Origin: Schizochytrium sp. TIO01
Lineage: Eukaryota > Protista > Bigyra: Labyrinthulomycetes
Length of the DNA stretch: 64,000 bases
NCBI GenBank assembly: GCA_004764695.1
Contig: SMSO01000036.1
Coordinates: forward strand, 558,001-622,000
Reading direction: 5' to 3'
The notes under the pieces are model-generated. The model had not been told where the DNA came from. It was given only the letters and a program-made list of their open reading frames with translations, and ran no database searches. Made by a program: the position numbers and the translations under genes. Below are positions 9,759 to 20,881 of the stretch, in pieces (the first letter of the stretch is position 1; each line of letters opens with the position of its first letter).

Positions 9759-12302
9759 GGACCCATCTCACCCCACTCAACAAGATGGCGAACAATACAT
9801 GCTTTGAGTACGATGCAAGCAACGAATACGGCTTTGGAGAATGCTGCGATACCTTAGGCATGACCCCCAAGCCGTTCTGGTGGTTTATTATCATCACAGT
9901 ACCCATCGAACTCGCTTTAGTGCTTCTCAAAGAAGATGAACGAGGAGCCATCGGCGAAAGAAACTCGAAACGGGAAAACTTCATCTTTACTGCACTTACA
10001 TGCATCGCAGTAGGAGCTCTCATCTTCAAATTCATCATGCCTGCGATCTCTGATTCCGCAGATCCGCTGTGCGAGGGCTGGTTTCACTGTTACCAAGCGT
10101 TCGTGTTCTCCTTTGTAAACTCTGCGGCACCACTAACGTGCCTTACTCTTTGGATACGTATCATGTTCAAACGACACTTTGCTCTTGTACTCAGATTCAT
10201 ACGAGCTTGGCTTACGAACTTTCTCATATCGCCATTTCTCTACGACCGGCTCGAACGTACATTTGATGTCTTCTTACGAGGCTTGCAGCTGCACTTTGAC
10301 AGAAATGCAACAAAACTGCACAGGCGTCTTTTTGTTGGATCGCCACATCCTCAGAAAGCAAGCGACTCAACCAAAACACTCACAGCTATGACTGCGGCTT
10401 CAGAGGAATCCAGCGATCTCGGAGAGTACCACAAATCAAGCAACGAACATGATGACTCTGAATCTGTGTCGTCTGAAGAAGAAACCATGTCTTTGAACAG
10501 ACCCTTTTCAGATTCTCCTGAAAGTGAACCTTTTGCTAGGCTCGTGCATATACTTCGTTTCCCTTTAAGAGCTTCACAGAACCTGGTGTTACGAACAGAA
10601 GCCAGGGTGTTTGAAAGGTACGATGGCGAAGAAGACGACATGGTCGAAAAGGGCAAAGTGGGTACAATACCTGCATTTGAACACTATTTCGCCCTCGTCA
10701 TCATTTGCCTTTGTGGAGGTTTAACTCACGTGTTGCCGGGTCTACTTGCTTACTTCTACGTCTTTGTTCCAGTCACGGCAATGCTTTTTATATCGCACGG
10801 GCTACGACTTGGGCCTTTCAAGGATCATATCATTCTTTGGATCATCAGTGTCATACCTCTGTCGATTTTAGGTTCCTTTGGTCAGGTGGCTCTTTGTGTG
10901 CTCTTTCCGCTTTACATGTTTGTGTTATTGGTCGGGATTGTGGTTCTTCGTGTGTTGTGGACCATAGTTGTACTATTGCGGATGGGGTTGAGCATTCTAT
11001 GTGCATTTTTGCGTATGATATGGCGTGTTCCTATTCTTCTCGTCTATGCAATAATGAGATGGCGCATGCGGAGGATCGTATCAAAGACAACATATGCAAA
11101 TAATCGCAATGCACATGCACATGCACAGGAGCTTGAAGAGAAATCAGAACAAGCTAAAAAGTCATTGCTACAATCAGAGTCCAGTTTACTAGAAGATTTA
11201 CACCGGTTTGTGCGAAACGAATTGAATGAACTTGCATCCGATCCACCCGAGACGTTCTCATCACCAGGACAACGCGAAGCCCTACGTGCGCAAAGAACAA
11301 CATTCCAAGATACATTTGAGCGGCGCATTCATGAGGCTGTACAAATCATCATGGATAGTCATATATTTGAACCTATTCTTTGGGAAAATCTCCCGAGTGC
11401 GGAAAGTCCAATTCTAGACCCTTTTGAGAGTTTGACCGCGAAGATGTTGGCGGGGCTACTGTTTAAGGTCGAGTTCGATGTGCTTTGGCGTGACATGCTT
11501 GCATTATTTAGAGAATTGCAGACTATCAAAGCCCAGACGAAGTATGCTGCTGAGATTCGTCAAAGGCTAGACTACATCAATCGGATGCTAGATGGCGAAC
11601 ACATATTACTTCAAGATCTTAGAAATGAGCTGTTATCAGAAAAATCAGGTTGGGACCTACAACGCACACAGCGCTACGAGGATGCTGGAATCAGCCGTCT
11701 TGAGCCTTTGCAATGGCAGTCGGGGCCGGGGCCGTCATCTATGTTGCAGACGTCTTCAGGTTTACAGGATTATCAGACAAAAAGTGCATACCCTAGGGAG
11801 GAGATGGCTAAACCAAAACGGAGGATTGCAGAAGAGTACAGTCTTCATAGCATGGAAGCCTTGCAAGAAGAAAAAAGACGTGAATACTATAAGAATCGCT
11901 TGAAGAAAATGCTAAATAAGCTCAAGGAGTTGGTCTTATTTGATGCTCTAGGTAAACCTGTTGTCTTCGGAACTGCTTTTACTATTGCAGTTTTCAGTAT
12001 GGCAGCTAACTATAGTATCCTTCTATACTCCGGAGCACCATATTACATGGTCCCTTGGATTGAGTTTCAATCACGAAATTCCAAGGATCTTGTATTCTGT
12101 TATATTGGTGATCTCGAGGAAATGGCTCTGGATTACAGTCTTTTTGGGATTGTAGATATTCTGGAGTTTTTTACTAGTATGTTTCTCTCCGCGATGTTTT
12201 GGCTACAGTTTGTATCGATTCTATACTTACATCCTGATTTGGTAGCTGAGAACCAGGAAGAAGGAATGTTTGAAGCTGCTGAAGCAACTTTTGCATGATT
12301 CA
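9759..12302 (+). repeat. ~2.5-kb direct duplication, copy A (copy B at 17870-20404)
   Basis: Near-identity starts at ggacc(c/t)atctcaccccactcaacaagATG and ends at tttgcaTGAttca in both copies. Confidence 0.97.
9785..12298 (+). CDS. Uncharacterised polytopic membrane protein (837 aa), copy A
   Basis: Long intact ORF with a Cys-containing N-terminus, several TM clusters and a large coiled-coil/charged loop. Near-identical paralog at 17896-20400. Confidence 0.85.
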   Translation: MANNTCFEYDASNEYGFGECCDTLGMTPKPFWWFIIITVPIELALVLLKEDERGAIGERNSKRENFIFTALTCIAVGALIFKFIMPAISDSADPLCEGWFHCYQAFVFSFVNSAAPLTCLTLWIRIMFKRHFALVLRFIRAWLTNFLISPFLYDRLERTFDVFLRGLQLHFDRNATKLHRRLFVGSPHPQKASDSTKTLTAMTAASEESSDLGEYHKSSNEHDDSESVSSEEETMSLNRPFSDSPESEPFARLVHILRFPLRASQNLVLRTEARVFERYDGEEDDMVEKGKVGTIPAFEHYFALVIICLCGGLTHVLPGLLAYFYVFVPVTAMLFISHGLRLGPFKDHIILWIISVIPLSILGSFGQVALCVLFPLYMFVLLVGIVVLRVLWTIVVLLRMGLSILCAFLRMIWRVPILLVYAIMRWRMRRIVSKTTYANNRNAHAHAQELEEKSEQAKKSLLQSESSLLEDLHRFVRNELNELASDPPETFSSPGQREALRAQRTTFQDTFERRIHEAVQIIMDSHIFEPILWENLPSAESPILDPFESLTAKMLAGLLFKVEFDVLWRDMLALFRELQTIKAQTKYAAEIRQRLDYINRMLDGEHILLQDLRNELLSEKSGWDLQRTQRYEDAGISRLEPLQWQSGPGPSSMLQTSSGLQDYQTKSAYPREEMAKPKRRIAEEYSLHSMEALQEEKRREYYKNRLKKMLNKLKELVLFDALGKPVVFGTAFTIAVFSMAANYSILLYSGAPYYMVPWIEFQSRNSKDLVFCYIGDLEEMALDYSLFGIVDILEFFTSMFLSAMFWLQFVSILYLHPDLVAENQEEGMFEAAEATFA

Positions 12303-12669
12303 GTTTTGTAGCATACATCCCAAAGAACTGTTTTTACTTCTATTCATTTTCTTTTTTAATGAATGTTTCTGTTTAATTTGTTCATTCAAAGCTCCGGAGT
12401 CTGTCCGATTTATGAATTGTGATATGTTTAAAATGTGAGCTAGTGAATTGCTTTTTTAAAGACTTGCTTAACAAGTAATTTTTTTGTTTTCTCCACGTTT
12501 TGTGTTTTCTCAGTGCTAAATAGGGGGAAAGGAAAGTTGATGTCAATAACAAAAATAATAACCTGACTCAGTTATGCAACCTATTTTTTAAGGATACATT
12601 CTATCTTAGATATGAAACTAATAATAATTCTGTGCCACAAAGTCGACAGTGAGATATCATAGTATTCAG

Positions 12670-13743
12670 TTATACTTCAAAACTTTGGAAAAAGGTTGTT
12701 GAACCTTTTTGGCAGAAAAGCTTCCTCTTATTGCGATTGTGGCGTTGGATGCGTCTTAAGTGTTTAGTATATGAATTCGGGACGTAAATTTCGCCTGTTT
12801 GTGAGTCTTTATGCATCTTTGCAAATTCTGCAGGTGGTGGCTTCACAAAAGGGGTAAATCGATATTGGGGAGAATAATTTGGAAGCATATTGAGATCCGC
12901 AAACTCTAGCCACGTGAATAACTTCTGCTCTGCAGCCATGGAGAAGAGCTTACATACAAAAACATCGAGCCCCAACTCACGCAGTTGAGGACGCACTCTG
13001 GCAATCGCGAGGTCAACTGCATTGAGATTCCACAACCCGAATCTCCTTTTGGGAATACTCATCAGCTCCGATGCTAGCTGTGCATACAATGATTCAGCCC
13101 CTTTAAGTGTCAGTAGCGACTGAACACGATCCGGAACCTCTTCGAGAATATTAGAACCCGGTTGGCCTTCCGGGAATAATTTGAGAATCGACACACTAGG
13201 CAAAATTACACGCAAGAACCCACCTGTGCCTAAACAGATACATATAGGCATAAAAAATGTGGTGTTTACAGACCATTGGCTCTTGTAGTCCTTCGGTGCC
13301 TGCGCTTTGTCGACAAACTCAATCCATTGTTCCATGAGCGGCTGATGCGAATCTGGCGCAATACGGGACCTGTGACACACTGTTATGCTGATGCCTACAG
13401 TCTCAAAGTCAATCATGAAATCCATCATGACCGTAAATAGCTCCATGGTCGCTTGGTACATGCTAAACTCGCGTGAATTACCCATATACTTATACCAGAA
13501 ACTTTCTTTCTGAGCTCGTTTGCGTTCCTTCCCGGTCAGGGCGGACGTCATCAAAGTCTCCTCAATCCTCTTCACGAGCTGTTTGTACTCCTCAACGACT
13601 TGGAGTCTATGAAAAAGACCTAGAGGGTACCTTTCACAGAGTCTCAAGCCCGAATCCCGGGACTTGTCAACCAGGAGAGGCTGCGTGACCACGCCACCAG
13701 GGATCTCAACCTCACCGCCGCAAATTCGAGACGGCCGGTACAT
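12670..13743 (-). CDS. Uncharacterised protein built of two ~150-aa internal repeats
   Basis: Open frame 12670-13875 with first ATG at 13743. Repeat motifs GISITVC...WIEFVD...PKDYKSQW and GLDVFVC...WLEFAD...PNYSPQY. The start is uncertain. Confidence 0.7.
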   Translation of the reverse strand: MYRPSRICGGEVEIPGGVVTQPLLVDKSRDSGLRLCERYPLGLFHRLQVVEEYKQLVKRIEETLMTSALTGKERKRAQKESFWYKYMGNSREFSMYQATMELFTVMMDFMIDFETVGISITVCHRSRIAPDSHQPLMEQWIEFVDKAQAPKDYKSQWSVNTTFFMPICICLGTGGFLRVILPSVSILKLFPEGQPGSNILEEVPDRVQSLLTLKGAESLYAQLASELMSIPKRRFGLWNLNAVDLAIARVRPQLRELGLDVFVCKLFSMAAEQKLFTWLEFADLNMLPNYSPQYRFTPFVKPPPAEFAKMHKDSQTGEIYVPNSYTKHLRRIQRHNRNKRKLFCQKGSTTFFQSFEV

Positions 13744-14606
13744 CTTCCCAGCTAAAGTTTCGAGTCCCTGGAAGTACACGCGAGAACTAGCGCCTAAACC
13801 GCCTCGTCCGAGGCCCCCGAGGTCGGATGTGCCTCGAAAGATCCACGGGGGGAAGCTAAGAACTGCTTTTTTCAAGGTTTGCTTCTGCCATCACTTTTTA
13901 TTTTCAATCCGATTCTTTCCTTTTAACTTATTCTTCTTTTTCTTGTTCTCCGGTTAATATTTGTTATCTACAATTTACTAGAACAAATGTGGAAACGGAC
14001 CCTTGTTGGCGAGATTCTGCCGAACACTATGCACATTTCGAGACCGTGGCAATCGGATACCTCATGTACGTTACTAGTTCATACTGAACGTATTTTGCTG
14101 AAGGCAAAACCTCACCAGCACGCTTGGCCACCATCGAGGCGAGCAATTTGGCTTAGGTATACGCACCTGCTCCGGGCCAGCGGAAAAATCATTTGCAGAG
14201 CATACTCGTAACGTCAATATATACGTTTCGATATTAGAGGTTACCTGGAAGGTCATTGTCGACCTGCTGCGAACGAAACGAAGTTCCAGGCAGAAGTTGA
14301 ATAAGTTTGCAAAGAGGGCATCGATTTAGGATTCGCAATGATGAAGCCCCAAATAGAACGCTCCAGGACGCCACGATAGCTCTTCACTGAATTTACAAAC
14401 TGGACGGGGTGTTCTGCTATAAGCGCTAGTCCGACAGGAACGGGCGGACTGATAGAGGCTATTTTAATGGCTGCTCGGGTTGGGTTGTCGAGTATAGTTG
14501 TCAACTAATACACAACAAAACTGTGAGAATCGTAGCTGCGCATCTTGATGCAATTCCTTAAGTTGAGTTCTGACATTGATATTTGAGACGGTAAGGGAAA
14601 CCAAGC

Positions 14607-16758
14607 ATGTCGGAACTTGAGAAGGAGCGAGCCAAGGCCTCGTTTGAGGTAGAGCAGATGACGTATGTGCTCAATGGAGGCATGGCTGAGACTGCCAAGC
14701 GTAGGTGGATCATGGACGCACACGCTAAAGCAAACTCATTCGTCCACGCAGAACGCGATCGGGAAGATCAAATTGGCCACGCTGTTTCGCACTTCATGGA
14801 AGTGCATAAACCGCATTTTGACCGCGGCTACATTCCCAAAAACATGGATATGCAGCACATGAGTGACGCCCGCATGACTTCAAGTGCACTCACAATCAAC
14901 TTTGGTGTTTTTGCTTCTTGTTTGCGCTCAAATTGCAGTGACGAGCAGAAGCGGTGGTGGCTTGAAAGAGCTCAAGTAGGCAAGATCATTGGCGCATATG
15001 CCCAGACTGAGCTAGCTCATGGTACCTTCGTGAGAGGCCTTCTTACCCGTGCCACATACCTCCCTGATTCTCAGGAATGGGAACTTCATACACCTTCTGT
15101 AGAGGGTATTAAGTGGTGGATCACTGGCCTTCCACTTGCTACCCATGCTGTTGTTTTCGCGGATGCTTACGTTCAGGGTAAAAGCGTAGGACAGCAGTGG
15201 TTTATGGTCCAGCTCAGAGGATCAGGCGAAGATAAACTAGAGCTGTTGCCTGGTATTGAGGTTGGGGATGTCGGCGAAACACTTGGCGAAAGGGATGCAA
15301 CTATTGGTTACCTACGTTTGACTAACGTTCGCATTCCAAGGAGACATCTCTTGGAGAAACGCGCGCATGTTTCCCCTGACGGAGAGTGGATATCCGGTCC
15401 AGAGAAGGGTTCAATGGATGTGAACCCAAACTCATCCAACAGCAAGGCCAAAGTAAAGAATATCTCGCCCAAAATGCAGCAGGCTCTAAAATATGTGACC
15501 ATGATGGGAACAAGAATTGCTTTAGCATCTACCGCAGCAGGGGCACTAGCCAAAGCATGCGTCATTGCTACACGCTATTCATGTGTTCGTCGACAGGGGT
15601 ATGCTCAAGATGAAAGGAAGGGTCCAGAGACACAGATCATTGACTTTTCAGTTCAACGCTTTCGAGTGCTTAAATGGATCAGTACTGCATACGCGTTCAA
15701 AGCTGCGACACAATGGATGGTGCGTCGCCGTCGCGAAGTCACTGCTGGCGGAGAAGTTAATCTTGATGATCTTCCCGAGACCCATGCCACAGGTGCGGGA
15801 CTCAAGGCACTTACAACCACCCTTGCAGCGGATGGCATTGAGGACTTACGGCGGTGTTGTGGAGGACATGGCTTTCTTATGAGTAGCGGGATAGCCCCTC
15901 TCGAGGCTGATTTCAAGGGACCTAACACTACTGCAGAAGGTGATGGAGTTGTTCTGTCACTTCAAACTGCACGTTATCTTATCAAGAGCTATGAAGCTGC
16001 AAGGAAAGGGGAGCAGCTTAGTGGCCTCACATCTTGCCTCAAGCCGCTTGGCGAGCCTGGATTTGACCCAGTTATTGACGGCCCAAAGCACCTTGGCTTG
16101 AACGGGCAAGCTCTAACAGAAGACTCTCTCCAAGATCCTTCCGTTATTCTCGCCCTTTTCGAATGGCGCTCCCTCGTTACCATTTCCCGAGCAGGCACTC
16201 ACCTTGAGGCAGCACGCAAAGCTATGGGCCCTGGTCGGTTCGGTGAAGCATGGAACCACTCCGCACGAATCTTGTATGCTGCAACTCGCTGTCATGTCCG
16301 ATATTTTATTCTGGTGCGTTTTCACGAGGTCATCGCTGGCGTCCAAGATATCGCTTGCCGAAAAGCATTAGAGCGTATGTTTGCACTCTTTGGTGTCAGT
16401 GATATTCTTGAGGGCGAGCAATGGCTTGGTCTATTGAGCGCGGAGACACTCGATGGCGCAGAAAAGGCATCGCAGGCACTGTGTGCAGCGATACGGCCAG
16501 ACGCCGTCGCATTTGGTCGATGCCTGGGACTATCCAGACCGCGTCTTAAACTCCACTCTGGGCCGCTTCGATGGAAATGCCTACGAAGCGCTCTACGAAG
16601 AAGCCAAACAATCTCGAATCAATCGCAATGCTGTACGTACCGTACCGTCCTTCCTCAAATGTCTTGAGAAGTATATTGATAAAGATGCGCTTGCTCCTTG
16701 CAACAAGTATGTGCCGACAAGATCTGATGCTTCATCTGGATCATCCGCTAAACTCTAA
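14607..16758 (+). CDS. ACOX: Peroxisomal acyl-CoA oxidase, split by an apparent +1 frameshift at ~16512-16514
   Basis: Motifs ELEKERAKASF, GAYAQTELAHGT, LHTPS..GIKWW, IATRYSCVRRQ, LRRCCGGHGF and TAEGD. Removing one T from gcatttggtc restores [36 protein letters not shown] and a C-terminal PTS1 -AKL. Confidence 0.93.
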
Positions 16759-17869
16759 GTTCCTAAGAATAATAAATTGGCCCTATCTGGATACATATTA
16801 AAAAATTGATCTAGGTTCAGTTTGTGCTTACTTTCTATGTAACAGAGGGCCTAGACTTTCGCAAGGGTATTTCATGTACCGTTCGTAGTATCAGTGTACG
16901 ATAGAAGTAAGTAAACCTCTGTTTTTTTTGTTTGTTTTTATGTGTGTATGTGTGCGTGTTTTTTAAAATAAAGCTTGACAATTTCGATATTTTAGTTCAC
17001 CTATTTAAAGTCTATGTTGTTTGCTTGTAGTGCAGACTTTTTTAAAGTAGATGCATCACCGTGTTATAATGACAACTAGACCGTGTGTTTCTATTCTTGA
17101 CATATGCAGAGAAACAGGAAATCATTTTAATCAGTGCATGCCTTGTGCTCCCAAGATTAAAAAGAATCCACTTTTATGAATAAATAATATAGGTCTATAA
17201 ATATTACTTTTTTGCATATTTTGTGGACTGGGACTACATGTTAGGATTATTTCATAGGTAGATCGTTTTAAAGGGAGACGCCTTTTCTAAATTCATGAAT
17301 GAAAAATAGGAAATTGGATTTTGTGTGCAAGTCGATCTGGACTTGAAGTTGGACATGCATCTCAAGTGAGGCAAGAAAGAGCTAGATGCGTGACTGGGCC
17401 ATCCGTCGCAACATTATAATCCCGAACTTCCTCCACTTCTTCGACATTGCTTTTGCTAGTTGGTTGCCAGAACAGAGGAACAAAGACTCGTCTCGATGAG
17501 GTCCTCTTCAGGAATACCTGAAGTCACTGATGCTCCGTAGAATTCTTTTTCAAACCTCAAGCCCAGAAACGGGACAAAGAATAGAGTCCAAGAATTTGTC
17601 CAGCAACCCTTCTGTTTGAATAAATGGTGGTAAAAGTTCGAGTCAAATTAAATGCAAAAACATATTCTTGACTCAACGAAGTACCAAGACCAGTGCGCGA
17701 GTACTCCTTGTGTACCTAAGTATATACTTGCTCTTTGTGTTTCTGCTATTTGAGCACGGGTTGTCAAGACCAGGCTTACATTTTACTTCATAACCTTATA
17801 GATCTGAATCTCTGTTGTGGCAAATACCAAACAGAGTTCAAGTTCGGGTCAAACAAGTAAAAACCACAA

Positions 17870-20404
17870 GGACCTATCTCACCCCACTCAACAAGATGGC
17901 GAACAATACATGCTTTGAGTACGATGCAAGCAACGAATACGGCTTTGGAGAATGCTGCGATACCTTAGGCATGACCCCCAAGCCGTTCTGGTGGTTTATT
18001 ATCATCACAGTACCCATCGAACTCGCTTTAGTGCTTCTCAAAGAAGATGAACGAGGAGCCATCGGCGAAAGAAACTCGAAACAGGAAAACTTCATCTTTA
18101 CTGCACTTACATGCATCGCAGTAGGAGCTCTCATCTTCAAATTCATCATGCCTGCGATCTCTGATTCCGCAGATCCGCTGTGCGAGGGCTGGTTTCACTG
18201 TTACCAAGCGTTCGTGTTCTCCTTTGTAAACTCTGCGGCACCACTAACGTGCCTTACTCTTTGGATACGTATCATGTTCAAACGACACTTTGCTCTTGTA
18301 CTCAGATTCACACGAGCTTGGCTTACGAACTTTCTCATATCGCCATTTCTCTACGACCGGCTCGAACGTACATTTGATATCTTCTTACGAGGCTTGCAGC
18401 TGCACTTTGACAGAAATGCAACAAAACTGCAAAGGCGTCTTTTTGTTGGATCACCACATCCTCAGAAAGCAAGCGACTCAACCAAAACACTCACAGCTAT
18501 GACTGCGGCTTCAGAGGAATCTAGCGATCTCGGAGGGTACCACAAATCAAGCAACGAACATGATGACTCTGAATCTGTGTCGTCTGAAGAAGAAACCATG
18601 TCTTTGAACAGACCCTTTTCAGATTCTCCTGAAAGTGAACCTTTTGCTAGGCTCGTGCATATACTTCGTTTCCCTTTAAGAGCTTCACAGAACCTGGTGT
18701 TACGAACAGAAGCCAGGGTGTTTGAAAGGTACGATGGCGAAGAAGACGACATGGTCGAAAAGGGCAAAGTGGGTACAATACCTGCATTTGAACACTATTT
18801 CGCCCTCGTCATCATTTGCCTTTGTGGAGGTTTAACTCACGTGTTGCCGGGTCTACTTGCTTACTTCTACGTCTTTGTTCCAGTCACGGCAATGCTTTTT
18901 ATATCGCACGGGCTACGACTTGGGCCTTTCAAGGATCATATCATTCTTTGGATCATCAGTGTCATACCTCTGTCGATTCTAGGTTCCTTTGGTCAGGTGG
19001 CTCTTTGTGTGCTCTTTCCGCTTTACATGTTTGTGTTATTGGTCGGGATTGTGGTTCTTCGTGTGTTGTGGACCATAGTTGTACTATTGCGGATGGGGTT
19101 GAGCATTCTATGTGCATTTTTGCGTATGATATGGCGTGTTCCTATTCTTCTCGTCTATGCAATAATGAGATGGCGCATGCGGAGGATCGTATCAAAGACA
19201 ACATATGCAAATAATCGCAAGGCACATGCACATGCACAGGAGCTTGAACAGAAACTAGGGAAAGTCAAACAAATGGTAAAATCGAAGTCTAATTTACTAG
19301 AAGATTTACACCGATTTGTGCGAAACGAATTGAATGAACTTGCATCCGATCCACCCGAGACGTTCTCATCACCAGGACAACGCGAAACCCTACGTGCGCA
19401 AAGAACAACATTCCAAGATACATTTGAGCGGCGCATTCATGAGGCTGTACAAATCATCATGGATAGTCATATATTTGAACCTATTCTTTGGGAAAGTCTC
19501 CCGAGTGCGGAAAGTCCAATTCTAGATCCTTTTGAGAGTTTGACCGCGAAGATGTTGGCGGGGCTACTGTTTAAGGTCGAGTTCGATGTGCTTTGGCGTG
19601 ACATGCTTGCAGTATTTAGAGAATTGCAGACTATCAAAGCCCAGACGAAGTATGCTGCTGAGATTCGTCAAAGGCTAGAATACATCAATGGGATGCTAGA
19701 TGGCGAACAAATATTTACAAATATACTTCAAGATCTTAGAAATGAGCTGTTATCAGAAAAATCAGGTTGGGACCTACAACGCACACAGCGCTACGAGGAT
19801 GCTGGAATCAGCCGTCTTAAGTCTTTGCAAGGGCAGCGTCTGCTGCAGCAATTTATGTCTTCAAGGTTACAGGGTTATCGACGAGAAAGTCCATACCTTA
19901 GGGAGGTGATGACTAGACCAGAACGGAGGATCGCAGAAGAAGAGAGTAGTCTTCATAGCATGGAAGCCTTGCAAGAAGAAAAAAGACGTGAATACTATAA
20001 GAATCGCTTGAAGAAAATGCTAAATAAGCTCAAGGAGTTGGTCTTATTTGATGCTCTAGGTAAACCTGTTGTCTTCGGAACTGCTTTTACTATTGCAGTT
20101 TTCAGTATGGCAGCTAACTATAGTATCCTTCTATACTCCGGAGCACCATATTACATGGTCCCTTGGATTGAGTTTCAATCACGAAATTCCAAGGATCTTG
20201 TATTCTGTTATATTGGTGATCTCGAGGAAATGGCTCTGGATTACAGTCTTTTTGGGATTGTAGATATTCTGGAGTTTTTTACTAGTATGTTCCTCTCCGC
20301 AATGTTTTGGCTACAGTTCGTATCGATTCTATACTTACATCCTGATTTGGTAGCTGAGAACCAGGAAGAAGGAATGTTTGAAGCTGCAGAGTTTGCATGA
20401 TTCA
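17870..20404 (+). repeat. ~2.5-kb direct duplication, copy B
   Basis: Direct alignment with 9759-12302. Confidence 0.97.
17896..20400 (+). CDS. Uncharacterised polytopic membrane protein, copy B (paralog of 9785-12298)
   Basis: ATG at 17896 aligns with the copy A start. The protein is identical over most of its length except for short divergent patches. Confidence 0.85.
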   Translation: MANNTCFEYDASNEYGFGECCDTLGMTPKPFWWFIIITVPIELALVLLKEDERGAIGERNSKQENFIFTALTCIAVGALIFKFIMPAISDSADPLCEGWFHCYQAFVFSFVNSAAPLTCLTLWIRIMFKRHFALVLRFTRAWLTNFLISPFLYDRLERTFDIFLRGLQLHFDRNATKLQRRLFVGSPHPQKASDSTKTLTAMTAASEESSDLGGYHKSSNEHDDSESVSSEEETMSLNRPFSDSPESEPFARLVHILRFPLRASQNLVLRTEARVFERYDGEEDDMVEKGKVGTIPAFEHYFALVIICLCGGLTHVLPGLLAYFYVFVPVTAMLFISHGLRLGPFKDHIILWIISVIPLSILGSFGQVALCVLFPLYMFVLLVGIVVLRVLWTIVVLLRMGLSILCAFLRMIWRVPILLVYAIMRWRMRRIVSKTTYANNRKAHAHAQELEQKLGKVKQMVKSKSNLLEDLHRFVRNELNELASDPPETFSSPGQRETLRAQRTTFQDTFERRIHEAVQIIMDSHIFEPILWESLPSAESPILDPFESLTAKMLAGLLFKVEFDVLWRDMLAVFRELQTIKAQTKYAAEIRQRLEYINGMLDGEQIFTNILQDLRNELLSEKSGWDLQRTQRYEDAGISRLKSLQGQRLLQQFMSSRLQGYRRESPYLREVMTRPERRIAEEESSLHSMEALQEEKRREYYKNRLKKMLNKLKELVLFDALGKPVVFGTAFTIAVFSMAANYSILLYSGAPYYMVPWIEFQSRNSKDLVFCYIGDLEEMALDYSLFGIVDILEFFTSMFLSAMFWLQFVSILYLHPDLVAENQEEGMFEAAEFA

Positions 20405-20881
20405 ATCTTGAATTATGAATTGCGAAAAAGAATAAAATAATCAATTGTATGACTGGCTCAAGTGAACATATTATAGTATTATTTGCATGTTTTTGCTTCT
20501 TTTTCTATTACTAATTTGATGCTGCAGACTCATATGTATTATGTCAGGGAATTAAAAGAGAGCAATTACAATAAAAGAATATAATATAAAATAAATAAAC
20601 GTGAAAGAAATTTAATTAATTTAATTAAAAAAGATTCACTTAGGCCCGATATGAAATAAAGCATCAGGAGGGACCAAACAAGGACCATAACTTAACAACG
20701 TTGAGCCGTGCACTCGGTGTCTTCTCCACACAGCGAGGCTGCGTATGCATTGCGTGTATATCGTGTCGCTGATAGATATTGCTTGACGTGCCACTGCTCC
20801 TATTGGCTGTCTTTCCTAGGTCGACATTCCTTAGGTCGTTGTCGCTTCTCATTAGTCATTCGTGGTGACAACGACGACACC

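Noticed and set aside
9759-20404. The duplicated 2.5-kb unit as a transposon, LTR pair or retrocopy
   Set aside because: There are no terminal inverted repeats, target-site duplications, poly-A tail or transposase/RT motifs. Decayed upstream homology points to a DNA-level duplication.
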